DNA of 36,941 nt from Betaproteobacteria bacterium (GTDB lineage: Bacteria > Pseudomonadota > Gammaproteobacteria > Burkholderiales > SG8-39), in assembly GCA_029863065.1 (NCBI GenBank), contig JAOTWE010000003.1, positions 1 through 36,941 on the forward strand. The letters are read 5' to 3'. The notes below the pieces were generated by a model. The model searched no databases, was not told the DNA's origin, and saw nothing but the letters and a program-made list of their open reading frames with translations. Position numbers and translations under genes: made by a program. How positions within the stretch are numbered: the first letter of the stretch is position 1; the number at the start of each line of letters is the position of its first letter. This document shows, one piece after another, positions 1 to 9,074 of this stretch.

Positions 1-412
1 GCCACTTGGCGAAGCGCGCCCCGAGCTTGAAGTATTCGGCCAGGCGCTCGCGCAGGCCGTCCAGCCCCTCGGTCACCTTCTCGCCGGGGCACAGCGCGAG
101 ATCCATCGCCCCCTTGTCCACCTTGATGCCGGGAAGAATGCCCTTGCCTGCCAGGTAGGCGGGAAACGGCACGCCATCGTTCGTCTTCTGGCGGATGGTT
201 TCGTCGAACAGGATCACGCCCGAAACGTATTGCTCGACGCCGGGCGTGGTGAAAAGCAGCCCGCGATAGGCGCGGCGATTCTCCTCGGTGCACTCGGCGT
301 TGATCGACTTGAAGCGCTTCTCGCAGGTGCCGCTCGACTCGTCGGCGGCGAGCACGCCTTTGCCACGCGCGACCATCGCCGCGGCGGTCTTGGATAGCAG
401 GGTCTTGTCCAT
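1..412 (-). CDS. fba: Fructose-bisphosphate aldolase class I, N-terminal part (runs off the window edge)
   Basis: Manual translation from ATG at 412: MDKTLLSKTAAAMVARGKGVLAADES...VILFDETIRQ...GIKVDKG...VTEGLDGL...GARFAKW, all class I aldolase signatures; absent from the ORF track because it is incomplete. Confidence 0.93.
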   Translation of the reverse strand, partial: MDKTLLSKTAAAMVARGKGVLAADESSGTCEKRFKSINAECTEENRRAYRGLLFTTPGVEQYVSGVILFDETIRQKTNDGVPFPAYLAGKGILPGIKVDKGAMDLALCPGEKVTEGLDGLRERLAEYFKLGARFAKW

Positions 413-432
413 CAGGGGCTCTCTCGTTCGGT

Positions 433-921
433 TCAGAATTCGATGTCGTCGCGGATTGCCGCGATACCCGCCGCCGCACAGGCGTCGTCCTCCTTGCCGC
501 CGGGCGCGCCCGAGACGCCGATGGCGCCGAGAATCGAGCCCCCAGCTTCGATCAGCAGCCCGCCGCCCACGGCGGCCACGCCGGGCAGGTGGCGGATGCC
601 GCTCTGCGGGCGTCCCGCCTGCGTCGCCTCCGCCAGGTCCGTCGTATTGGTGCGGAAGCTCACCGCGCTGTAGGCCTTCGCCTGCGCCGTGTCCACCGTG
701 TGCGGCCCGGCGTAGCGATCGCGCAGCAGCACCTGCGTCACGCCCATGCGGTCCACCACGGCGATCGTCGCCTGGAAGCCGGCGTCGCGGCACTTCTTCA
801 GCGCCGCCTGCGCCGCCTTGAGCGCGGTATCGGGCGTGAGGAGCCTGATCGCGTGCGTACCTCCAGCAGAGGCGGTGACAGGAAGGGTTGCGAGACACAG
901 GAACAGCAGGGCGGCTTTCAT
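433..921 (-). CDS. GlcG/HbpS family heme-binding protein with signal peptide
   Basis: MKAALLFLCLATLPVTASA signal-like N-terminus; IAVVDxxG, AxAKAYSA and GGGLLI...GAIGVSGAPGG motifs; true start lies inside ORF 433..1902. Confidence 0.85.
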   Translation of the reverse strand: MKAALLFLCLATLPVTASAGGTHAIRLLTPDTALKAAQAALKKCRDAGFQATIAVVDRMGVTQVLLRDRYAGPHTVDTAQAKAYSAVSFRTNTTDLAEATQAGRPQSGIRHLPGVAAVGGGLLIEAGGSILGAIGVSGAPGGKEDDACAAAGIAAIRDDIEF

Positions 922-947
922 GTGCCCTATTTTACGATTCCGGAGCG

Positions 948-2060
948 TCAGCCGCCCATGCGCCAGTATTGATACTTCATGGTCAGGGCGGAGCCGGCAA
1001 TGATCGCGCCGAGGGCGAGGAACGAGCCCAGGGCCAGCGTCGAGATGCCGGTGATGCCCTGGCCGATGGTGCAGCCCAGCGCCGTGATGCCGCCGAAGCC
1101 CATGAGGATGCCGCCGACGACGTGGTTCGCGGTGTCCTCGGCGTCGCGAAAGCCCTCCCACCGGAAGGTGCGCGTGGCAAGAGCGTAGGCGGCCGAGCCC
1201 GCGATCACCCCCAGGCCGGAGGCGATGCCGTAGGTGACGATCTTCGACTTGTCGGTCCAGAACATGAGGTATTCGAGCGTGAAGGCCATCGGCGCGACGA
1301 AGGAGAAGGACTCCATGCGCCCGGTGTTGGTGGCGATGAAGGCTTCCTGCAGCGACTCCGGATGCTCGGCGACATATCCGACGACGCCGCTCACAACCCA
1401 TCCGCCCACCACCACCAGCCCGGTCACCACGCCGCCCAGCGTGTAGTCGAAGCTCGCGCGGAAGTCCCTGCTGGCGTACGCGAAGGCAATGAGTCCGCCG
1501 CCGATCACGGCGGCGAGCAGCGCGGTCCAGGTGGCCTTCGCCACGCCGGTTGCGGCCGCGAGCAGCGAGGGCAGGTCCTGGCCCGAGGCGAGCGTGGCCG
1601 AGGCCTTCTCCAGAACGCCCACGCGCAACGCGCCGAACAAGCCTCTCAGGGTCATGTACGCCGCGATGCCGAGGAATACGAACACGACGAGCGACTTCAG
1701 GCTGCCGCCGCCGATGCGGATCAGGGTCTTGGAGCCGCAGCCCGAACCGAGCGTCATGCCGACGCCGAACAGAAAACCGCCGACGATGTACGAAAGCCAC
1801 GTGAACCTGGGACCCGGGTAGATCGACTTGGAGAAATCCACCACGCCGGCGAGCTGCAGCGCGCTCGCGCCGAGCAGCGCCACCGCGATGGCGAGCAGCC
1901 ACATGCGCATGCGACTCGTGTCGCCCATGTTCACCCAGTCGGACACCGCGCCCATGGTGCAGAAATTGGTCTTGTTGCCGACGGCGCCGAAGATGAACGC
2001 GAGGACGAACGCGCCGCCGGCGACGTAGAGGGCGAGTTGCGCGATATCGGGTTCATTCAT
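948..2060 (-). CDS. yeeE: YeeE/YedE (TsuA/SoxT-like) sulfur-compound transporter
   Basis: Polytopic membrane protein with NFCTMG, GMTLGSGCGS and GCTIGQG conserved Cys motifs. Confidence 0.88.
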   Translation of the reverse strand: MNEPDIAQLALYVAGGAFVLAFIFGAVGNKTNFCTMGAVSDWVNMGDTSRMRMWLLAIAVALLGASALQLAGVVDFSKSIYPGPRFTWLSYIVGGFLFGVGMTLGSGCGSKTLIRIGGGSLKSLVVFVFLGIAAYMTLRGLFGALRVGVLEKASATLASGQDLPSLLAAATGVAKATWTALLAAVIGGGLIAFAYASRDFRASFDYTLGGVVTGLVVVGGWVVSGVVGYVAEHPESLQEAFIATNTGRMESFSFVAPMAFTLEYLMFWTDKSKIVTYGIASGLGVIAGSAAYALATRTFRWEGFRDAEDTANHVVGGILMGFGGITALGCTIGQGITGISTLALGSFLALGAIIAGSALTMKYQYWRMGG

Positions 2061-3136
2061 CGCAGATGCTCCATGGCTTTACCGTGGTCGAGCACGCCGC
2101 GCACGGCGGCGGCGGCGTCTTTCAGTGAGGCGTGGCGCCCGAGATGCCACAGGCACAGCGCGGCGCCGTAAACCAGACAGTCGCGCGTCGGGCCGCGCGC
2201 CCCGGCGAGCGCCGCCCCGCCGGCCTCGGCGGCCGCCTTCGCGACGGTGCCGGGATCGATCGGCGCTTCGCTGCCTTCCTCGTCGCTCGCGCCGGGGATG
2301 CGCGGCGCGCGCACGGACTGCTCGAAGCCCAGCTCGGCCGGCTTGAATTCCGCGGACGTCTCCTCGTCGGTGCCGTGATAGCGGAACACCTTGCCGGTCT
2401 GCGTGAGGCCGGGAATCACGCCGCCTTCGACGCCGCGCACGATGAGCGCGGAGTCGAATCCGGCGTGGCGCGCGAGCAGCGCATAAACGCGCGCATAGGG
2501 CTTGTGCACATAGCCGGTGACCAGATGCGTCTTCAGGCGGCCGCGCACCGGCCCGGCGAGTACCTCGGCGGTGGTAATGGCAGGCCGCTTGACGATGAGC
2601 GTGCGCAAGTCCGCGAGCGCGTAGAGCTTTGGGCAGAACGCCTTCTGATCGACATAGGCCCAGCCGATTGCGGGATCGCCCAGGCGCGCGGCAGCATCCT
2701 CCGGGCTCAGGTCCACCGGCAGGCCCGCGGCGCGCAGGACCTGCCGGTGCGTGACGCCGTACTTGGGACCCATGGTCTCGACGCCATGCGAGACCGCCGC
2801 GACGCCGCAGGCCGCGAGCACCGGCGGCAGGAACGGCGCGGCCGGCAGCGTGCGGTTGTAGCCGTCGTAGGGATCGCCGATGTCGAGCACTTCGTCCACC
2901 GGCGCCGTGGCACGGTGCGTCGCCTCGCGGATCGCTTCGAGCATGCCGCGATTCTCGTCGTCCGTCTCGCGCTTCATGCGCAGCGCGATGAGGAACACCG
3001 CGGCCTGCACCGGATCGACCTGCCCGTCGAGCACCAGGCGCATCCCGGCGCAGGCCTCTTCGCGCGAGATGTCCTTGCTCAACTCCGGGCCGGTGGCGAT
3101 GCGCTTGAGGATGGAATTCATCAGGGCCGCGCTCAT
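2057..3136 (-). CDS. Anthranilate phosphoribosyltransferase-like (glycosyltransferase family 3, YbiB-like) protein
   Basis: ISREEA...QAAVFLIALRMKRET N-terminal helical domain, SHG and GVEGG motifs; start at MSAALMNS (3136), overlapping the Rieske gene stop. Confidence 0.75.
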   Translation of the reverse strand: MSAALMNSILKRIATGPELSKDISREEACAGMRLVLDGQVDPVQAAVFLIALRMKRETDDENRGMLEAIREATHRATAPVDEVLDIGDPYDGYNRTLPAAPFLPPVLAACGVAAVSHGVETMGPKYGVTHRQVLRAAGLPVDLSPEDAAARLGDPAIGWAYVDQKAFCPKLYALADLRTLIVKRPAITTAEVLAGPVRGRLKTHLVTGYVHKPYARVYALLARHAGFDSALIVRGVEGGVIPGLTQTGKVFRYHGTDEETSAEFKPAELGFEQSVRAPRIPGASDEEGSEAPIDPGTVAKAAAEAGGAALAGARGPTRDCLVYGAALCLWHLGRHASLKDAAAAVRGVLDHGKAMEHLR

Positions 3137-3468
3137 GGCGTCCCCTTGTCGTCCAAGCCGACCAGGATGCGCCCGCCTTCCAGCCGCACCGGATAGGTTT
3201 TCAGGTTCTCTTCGGCCGGCTCCTCCAGCGCCTCGCCGGTGCAGACGTTGAAGCGGCTGCCGTGCAGCGGGCACTTGACCAGTTCGCCCTTGAGCACGCC
3301 CGTCGCGAGCGACGCTTCTTCGTGGGTGCAGGTATCGTCCACGGCGCAGTAGCGCCCCGCCACGTTGGCGAGCAGGATGCGCCGGCCGCGGAGATCGACG
3401 CGCTTCATGGCACCGGGCGCAAGCTCGCCCGCCTTTCCTGCGGCGACGAATTCCTGGGTCATTGACAT
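3133..3468 (-). CDS. Rieske [2Fe-2S] ferredoxin
   Basis: CTH...CPLHGSRF Rieske ligand motifs in a 111 aa protein. Confidence 0.92.
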   Translation of the reverse strand: MSMTQEFVAAGKAGELAPGAMKRVDLRGRRILLANVAGRYCAVDDTCTHEEASLATGVLKGELVKCPLHGSRFNVCTGEALEEPAEENLKTYPVRLEGGRILVGLDDKGTP

Positions 3469-3469
3469 C

Positions 3470-4855
3470 TCACGCCACGGGTTCGAACCATTTTAGGCGG
3501 TCACGCAGCTTGACGACTTCGCCGATGATGATGAGCGTCGGCGCCTTGACGTCGCTCCGGCGCACGATGCCCGGCAGCGAGTCCAGGGTGCCGGTCAGCA
3601 CGCGCTGGTGCGGCGTCGTGCCCTCCTGGACCAGCGCGGCCGGCGTGCTGGCCGGCAGGCCATGCGCGGCGAGCTGGCGGCAAAGCTGATCGATGCCAAG
3701 CAGTCCCATGTAGCAGACGATGGTCTGGCGCGGCTGCGCCAGCGCCGACCAGTTCAGGTCCATGCCGCCGTCGCGCAGATGGCCGGTGACGAATACCACC
3801 GACTGCGCGTAATCGCGGTGCGTGAGTGGAATGCCGGCGTACGACGCGCAGCCTGCCGCTGCGGTGACGCCCGGCACCACCTGGAAGGGGATGCCTTCGG
3901 CGGCGAGCGAATCGATTTCCTCGCCGCCGCGCCCGAAGATGAACGGATCGCCGCCCTTGAGGCGCACCACGCGCTTGCCCTGCTTCGCGAGGCGCACCAG
4001 CAGCTGATTGATATCCTCCTGAGGCAGTGTGTGCATTGCGCGTTCCTTGCCGGCGTAGATGCGTTCGGCCTCGAGCCGCGCCAGATCCAGGATCGGCTGC
4101 GACACGAGCCGGTCGTACACGACGACGTCGGCCTGCTGCATGAGGCGCAGCGCGCGGAAGGTGAGCAGGTCCGGATCGCCCGGGCCGGCGCCGACCAGCG
4201 ACACCTCGCCGCCGCTGTAGGTGAGGCGCGTGTCCTCGAGCGTCGCCTGCAGGGCCTTGCGGGCCTCTTCGTCGCGGCCGTTGAACACCAGCTCGGCGAC
4301 CGGGCCCTGCAGCACGCGTTCCCAGAAGCGCCGCCGTTCCTTGGGCTTGATGCGCGCCTTGACCTGGTCGCGGAACGCTCCCGCCAGCGCGGCGAGACGC
4401 CCATAGCCCGCCGGGATGAGCGTTTCCAGGCGCGCGCGCAGCAGCCGCGCGAGCACCGGCGAGGCACCGCCGCTCGACACCGCCACGGTGAGCGGCGCGC
4501 GCTCGATGATCGAGGGCAGGATGAACGAGCACAGCGTGGGTTGGTCGACCACGTTCACCGGGATGCGCCGCGCCGTCGCCGCGGCGGCAACCGCGCGGTT
4601 CACTGCCTCGTCGCTGGTGGCGGCGATCGCCAGCGCATGCCCCTCCAGGTCCGCGTCGCGGAAATGTCCCGCCCGGTGCACGACGCGGCCCGCGGTCGAA
4701 TCGGCGTCGAAGGCCGCGCTCAGCGCCGGCGCGAGCACCGTCACCCGCGCGCCCGCGCGCAGCAGCAGCGCGCACTTGCGCGCGGCGACGTCGCCGCCGC
4801 CCACCACCAGGCAGGGCTGTTCGCGGAGATCGAGGAAGATCGGCAGGAAGTCCAT
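3470..4855 (-). CDS. cysG: Siroheme synthase (precorrin-2 dehydrogenase/chelatase plus uroporphyrinogen-III methyltransferase)
   Basis: N-terminal VVGGGDVA and VNVVD; C-terminal LVGAGPGDPDLLT, RLKGGDPFIFGRGGEE and VPGVTAA. Confidence 0.96.
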   Translation of the reverse strand: MDFLPIFLDLREQPCLVVGGGDVAARKCALLLRAGARVTVLAPALSAAFDADSTAGRVVHRAGHFRDADLEGHALAIAATSDEAVNRAVAAAATARRIPVNVVDQPTLCSFILPSIIERAPLTVAVSSGGASPVLARLLRARLETLIPAGYGRLAALAGAFRDQVKARIKPKERRRFWERVLQGPVAELVFNGRDEEARKALQATLEDTRLTYSGGEVSLVGAGPGDPDLLTFRALRLMQQADVVVYDRLVSQPILDLARLEAERIYAGKERAMHTLPQEDINQLLVRLAKQGKRVVRLKGGDPFIFGRGGEEIDSLAAEGIPFQVVPGVTAAAGCASYAGIPLTHRDYAQSVVFVTGHLRDGGMDLNWSALAQPRQTIVCYMGLLGIDQLCRQLAAHGLPASTPAALVQEGTTPHQRVLTGTLDSLPGIVRRSDVKAPTLIIIGEVVKLRDRLKWFEPVA

Positions 4856-4910
4856 GGTGCTCGGGGGGGTGCGGCGTCGTCGCTATGATAGATTCAAATA
4901 CGGAAGGCGC

Positions 4911-6359
4911 ATGCCTCGGCTACTGACATTGTCCCGTGCGGCGCGCCTGGTCGGCGTCAGACGCGGCGCCCTGCAGAGCAGGATCCGCAGCGGCGAGCTG
5001 GCCGCGTTCGAAGGCATGGTGTCGGTGGATGATCTGCTGCGCGCCTATCCGCAGGCCAGGATGGAGGACAATGCCGGCCTGGAGCACTTCGAGGCGATCA
5101 AGCAGGACGCCTTCGCACGGCGCATGCGCGAGCGCCTGCTGCCCAGCACCGAAGCCCTGGTCGCGCGCCTGGCCGAATTGAGCGCGGAGCGGGCGCAGGC
5201 CCAGGCGCAGACCGAGCATTACCGGGGAATCGTCGAGCAGCTGCAGGCGAAGCTGCGCGACCAGGGCGACGCGGGACTGCTCGCCTGGCTGCAGCAGCGC
5301 CTGGCGCCCGCCGCGCAAGTCGGCCAGCCGCTGCTGGCACAGGAGAGTCTTCTGAGGATCATGAGCGCGCACGTCGAGGTCAAGCCGAGCGGCCGCGAGT
5401 TCTTCGTCGACGGCAACGACAGCCTGCTCGAGGCGGCGCTGCGCTCGGGGCTGTCGCTCGACTACGGCTGCAGCATCGGCAGCTGCGGCAAGTGCAAGGC
5501 GAGGGTCGTCTCAGGCCAAGTTTACAGAACGCGCCATGCCGATTACGGCCTCACCGCGGCCGAGAAGACTGCCGGGGTCGTGCTCATGTGCTGCCATACC
5601 GCGCTCACTGACCTCGTGATCGAGGCGCGCGAGGCGCTCGGCGCGCGCGACATGCCGCTGCAGACCATCGATGCCCGCATCAAGTCCGTGAGCCCGCTCG
5701 GCGACGAGGTGCGGCTGCTGCATCTGCAGACGCCGCGCAGCAACCGCCTGCGCTTCCTTGCCGGACAGTCGGCGACGCTTTGCCTGGCCGACGGCGTCGG
5801 CGCCTCCTTGCCGGTGGCGAGCTGTCCCTGCGACGACCGCAACCTGCAGTTCCACGTGCGGCGCGACGCGGGCGATGGCTTCGCCGCGCGCGTGTTCGGC
5901 GGGCTGAAGGGCGTGGAGACGGTACGCATCGAGGGACCGCGCGGGGAATTCGTGCTCGACGAAGCCTCGCCTCGCCCCCTCGTCTTCATCGCCGGCGAAT
6001 CCGGTTTTGCGCCCATCAAGAGCCTGATCGAGCACGCCATGGCGCTCGATGCGGCGGAAACGCTCCACCTGTACTGGATCGCCCACGGGACCGGCGGCCA
6101 CTATCTCGACAATCTGTGCCGCTCCTGGAGCGACGCTCTGGACAACTTTCGCTACGAGCCGATCGCAGCGCAGCGCGCATTGCCGGACGATGAGGCCCTG
6201 CAGGCGGCGCTGCGGCAGGTGCTGCGGGACCATCCGCGGCTGGGCGACAGCGACGTCTATGTCGCGGGGCCCGCGCCGTGGGCGAGCGCGGCCGAGTTCC
6301 AGCTGCTCGAGCACGGGTTGCCGCGCGCGCAACTGTACGTCAGTCCGCTGGCGCCCTGA
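4911..6359 (+). CDS. Fusion of an N-terminal HTH, a plant-type [2Fe-2S] ferredoxin and an FNR-like FAD/NAD(P) oxidoreductase
   Basis: LLTLSRAARLVGV HTH-like start; CSIGSCGKC...LMCC ferredoxin; FLAGQ, EGPRGEF, FIAGESGFAPIKS and YVAGP; ATG at 4911 follows GGAAGG. Confidence 0.85.
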   Translation: MPRLLTLSRAARLVGVRRGALQSRIRSGELAAFEGMVSVDDLLRAYPQARMEDNAGLEHFEAIKQDAFARRMRERLLPSTEALVARLAELSAERAQAQAQTEHYRGIVEQLQAKLRDQGDAGLLAWLQQRLAPAAQVGQPLLAQESLLRIMSAHVEVKPSGREFFVDGNDSLLEAALRSGLSLDYGCSIGSCGKCKARVVSGQVYRTRHADYGLTAAEKTAGVVLMCCHTALTDLVIEAREALGARDMPLQTIDARIKSVSPLGDEVRLLHLQTPRSNRLRFLAGQSATLCLADGVGASLPVASCPCDDRNLQFHVRRDAGDGFAARVFGGLKGVETVRIEGPRGEFVLDEASPRPLVFIAGESGFAPIKSLIEHAMALDAAETLHLYWIAHGTGGHYLDNLCRSWSDALDNFRYEPIAAQRALPDDEALQAALRQVLRDHPRLGDSDVYVAGPAPWASAAEFQLLEHGLPRAQLYVSPLAP

Positions 6360-7046
6360 TCACTGGGCAGCGCCTTTACGGGTCAGCGCGGCGCCCGTGA
6401 CCGCGCGCGATGCAAATACCAGGAACGCGTGCGCCAGCCTGCCGAACGGCAGCCACACGAGCAGCAGCTCTACGCTCAGCAGGTGCACCGCGACCGGCAG
6501 TGGATCGAGCGGCAGCGCGGCGGCGCTGCGCGTCGCATACGACTGGTCGAGCGTCATCATCCCTGTGAACAGCGGCAGCACCACGACGAACCAACTGAAG
6601 TAGTCGTCGAAGCCGGACAGCAGGCGTCGCACCGGGTCGTTGAGGCGCACGATGAGCGCGACGAACAGCGACACGAAAGTGAGGCCGACGAACGCGTAGA
6701 CCACGGGCTCCGGCAGCGCCGGCCAGGCGAGGCCAAGCAGGCGCTTGACGAAATCAATATGCGGCAGATAGCCGAAGACGATCACGGCCAGTCCTGCGTG
6801 GTAGACGTAGCCGTTCCACGCGGCGAGCGTGATCGTGCGCCGAAACGCCGGGTGCGGCAGCATGCGTGCGAAGGTGGCGCGCAGGGCGCCGGCGATCAGC
6901 CGCGTGCTGCGCGGCTCGGCAAGATCCGGCTTGCCGCCGAGGCGCAGGATGCCGGCAATACGCCACAGGCTGCCCGCGGCAAGCACCCCGAGCGAGACCC
7001 ACAACGCCGGCCCGCGCGCGAATTCGAGGAGCTCCAGTTCCGTCAT
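6360..7046 (-). CDS. NarI/DsrM-like b-type cytochrome membrane subunit (Isp1-like)
   Basis: About five TM helices; YVYH, LPH, VHLLS and PFGRLAH histidines typical of the nitrate reductase gamma family. Confidence 0.8.
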   Translation of the reverse strand: MTELELLEFARGPALWVSLGVLAAGSLWRIAGILRLGGKPDLAEPRSTRLIAGALRATFARMLPHPAFRRTITLAAWNGYVYHAGLAVIVFGYLPHIDFVKRLLGLAWPALPEPVVYAFVGLTFVSLFVALIVRLNDPVRRLLSGFDDYFSWFVVVLPLFTGMMTLDQSYATRSAAALPLDPLPVAVHLLSVELLLVWLPFGRLAHAFLVFASRAVTGAALTRKGAAQ

Positions 7047-8344
7047 CCCGTGCGCGCCTCGGGTTCGAGATACTGCGCCACCAGCTCGGTGAGTCCGAGC
7101 ACCGGCAGCGTCATGCCGTCGTGATCGATCGCCTCTTCAAGCACGTTGCGGCAGTTGGCGCACGCAGTGACCACCGCCTCCGCGCCCGTGGCTTCGATCT
7201 GCTGCTTCTTGCACGCGAACGCGGCGAAGCGCAGGCCTTCGGCGCGGTGGATCGCGCTCACCCCGCCGCCGCCGCCGCAGCAGAAGCTCGCCGCGCCGGC
7301 GCTGGGCATCTCGGCGAAATTCGCACTCACTTCGCGCATGAGCCGGTGCGGCGGCTCGCTCAGCCCACCGCGGCGCACGAGCTGGCAGGGGTCGTGAAAC
7401 GTCAGGCGCCGGGCGTCCTTGCCGCGCAGGCGCAGCCGTCCCTCGCGCACGAACCGGTCCAGCAGCTCGTCGATCTGCACCACGTCGAAGCCGAAGCGAC
7501 GGCCGAGCAGGTTGGGGCCCTCCCAGCGCAAGGCCGAGTAGGCGTGGCCGCACTCGGGACTGACGACACACTTCACCTTCAGCCGCTCGGCCGCCGCGAC
7601 GATGCGCGACACGAGCTCCGCCGCCACCTCGCGCGAACCGATCTGTACCCCGATGTTGGTCGCCTCGAACCCGGCGCTGGGAATCGTCCAGGACGCGCCC
7701 GCGTGCCGGAAGATGCGCGCCAGGGCGCCGATGATCTCGGCAAATCCCATGATCTCGATCGAGGAGAGGATCACCATGTACTCGGCGCCCTCCACGTCAA
7801 CAGGAATCCGCAGCCCCGTCTCCTGTTCCTGGAGCTCGATCTGCCGCTTGAGGGCCGGCCAGCGCACGCCGATTGGGCTGCCGGTGTCGAGCGCGCGCTC
7901 CACGGCCTTGTAGAGATCGGTCGGCGCAAAGCCGCCCGCCGCCATCGCCTCGCGCGCCCGCCGCACGAGGCCCGCGATGTCGATGCCCATGGGGCAAACG
8001 AGCGTACAGCGGCCGCACAGGTTGCACGAGTCATAGAGTAGCGCGGACCACTCTTGCAGCTCCTGAGCGGTGAGCTCGCGCGGCGCGAGGCCGAGCGCCT
8101 TCTTCACCGACGAAAAGGGGGCGGCCTCGCGCTGATAGGCCTTCAGCATCGGCTGCAATTTGTAGATCGGCGTGTACCGCGGGTCGCCGCTTACCAAGTG
8201 GAAATGGCAGGCTTCGGCGCACTGTCCGCAGTGCACGCAGGCCTCGAGCTGGAACGCGGCGTCGCGGCCCGCCTGCGCGACGAACTCGCGCGCCGCCACG
8301 CGCGCATCGGGCGACTTGAACGATCCCAGTGACGTGGTGACCAT
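7043..8344 (-). CDS. HdrD/DsrK-like Fe-S oxidoreductase (Isp2-like)
   Basis: CVHCGQCAEAC and CNLCGRCTLVCP [4Fe-4S] motifs, ECGH, FHDPCQ, CCGGGGG and ACANC (CCG domain). Confidence 0.88.
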   Translation of the reverse strand: MVTTSLGSFKSPDARVAAREFVAQAGRDAAFQLEACVHCGQCAEACHFHLVSGDPRYTPIYKLQPMLKAYQREAAPFSSVKKALGLAPRELTAQELQEWSALLYDSCNLCGRCTLVCPMGIDIAGLVRRAREAMAAGGFAPTDLYKAVERALDTGSPIGVRWPALKRQIELQEQETGLRIPVDVEGAEYMVILSSIEIMGFAEIIGALARIFRHAGASWTIPSAGFEATNIGVQIGSREVAAELVSRIVAAAERLKVKCVVSPECGHAYSALRWEGPNLLGRRFGFDVVQIDELLDRFVREGRLRLRGKDARRLTFHDPCQLVRRGGLSEPPHRLMREVSANFAEMPSAGAASFCCGGGGGVSAIHRAEGLRFAAFACKKQQIEATGAEAVVTACANCRNVLEEAIDHDGMTLPVLGLTELVAQYLEPEARTG

Positions 8345-8385
8345 GCCTGCCTCGAAGCATTGTTGCGGCCCGGCCGGCGCCCGGG

Positions 8386-8399
8386 TTGATCGAGGTCAA
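8386..8399. promoter_or_regulatory. FNR/CRP-family binding box
   Basis: TTGAT-CGAG-GTCAA, one mismatch from TTGAT-N4-ATCAA, centred about 48 bp upstream of the 8344 start, with AACAAT as a -10-like hexamer at 8359-8364 on the minus strand. Confidence 0.6.
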
Positions 8400-9073
8400 T
8401 CGGAACGCGGGGCGGACGCTCTCCTCGCCTTGCCCAGGCCATGCTCGACCGCGGTCACTGCGGCCTCCACACGCGAGCGCAGGCCGAGCTTGCGCAGGAT
8501 CGCCTTGACGTGCAGCTTGACGGTGCCGTCGGTGATCTCCAGGGCGCGCGCGATCATCTTGTTGCTGGAGCCGTCGGCGATGCACCTGAGGATCTCCAGC
8601 TCGCGCGGCGTGAGCTCGGCGAAGGGCGCGGCCTTGCGCTCCGCGCCCGCGGCGGCGGCATCGCCGCGCACCAGGCCTGCCAGCGACCCGACCAGCTCCT
8701 GCGCCACCACGTTGTCGCCCTGCGCCGCCGCCTCGAGCGCCGGCACCAGCTCCTCGGGCTCCATGTCCTTCAGCAGGTAGCCGCGCGCGCCGGCGCGCAG
8801 CGCGGCGCTCAGGTCGGCATCCTCGCGGCTCATGGTCAGCATCACGACCGGCGCGCGCACGCCGCTCGCGCGCAACCGCTTCAGCGTATCGATGCCGCTC
8901 ATGCCCGGCATCTTGACGTCGAGCAGGATCAGGTCGGCGGGCAGCTCGAGCGCGCGCCGCACGCCTTCCTCGCCCGAGCCGACCGCGGCCACGACCTGAA
9001 CGCCGCGGCTCTGCAGCAGTTCCTCGATCCCTTTGCGCACCAGGGCGTGGTCGTCGATGAGCAGCACGCGCAT
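8396..9073 (-). CDS. NarL/LuxR-family response regulator
   Basis: LLIDDHALVRKG, LLDVKMPGMSG and GYLLKD receiver; LTPRELEIL...SNKMIARAL...TVKLHVKAILRKL HTH. Confidence 0.95.
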   Translation of the reverse strand: MRVLLIDDHALVRKGIEELLQSRGVQVVAAVGSGEEGVRRALELPADLILLDVKMPGMSGIDTLKRLRASGVRAPVVMLTMSREDADLSAALRAGARGYLLKDMEPEELVPALEAAAQGDNVVAQELVGSLAGLVRGDAAAAGAERKAAPFAELTPRELEILRCIADGSSNKMIARALEITDGTVKLHVKAILRKLGLRSRVEAAVTAVEHGLGKARRASAPRSD

Positions 9074-9074
9074 G

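Noticed and set aside
2057-3136. Calling this gene trpD
   Set aside because: Lacks the canonical GTGGD and KHGN motifs and has no trp operon context
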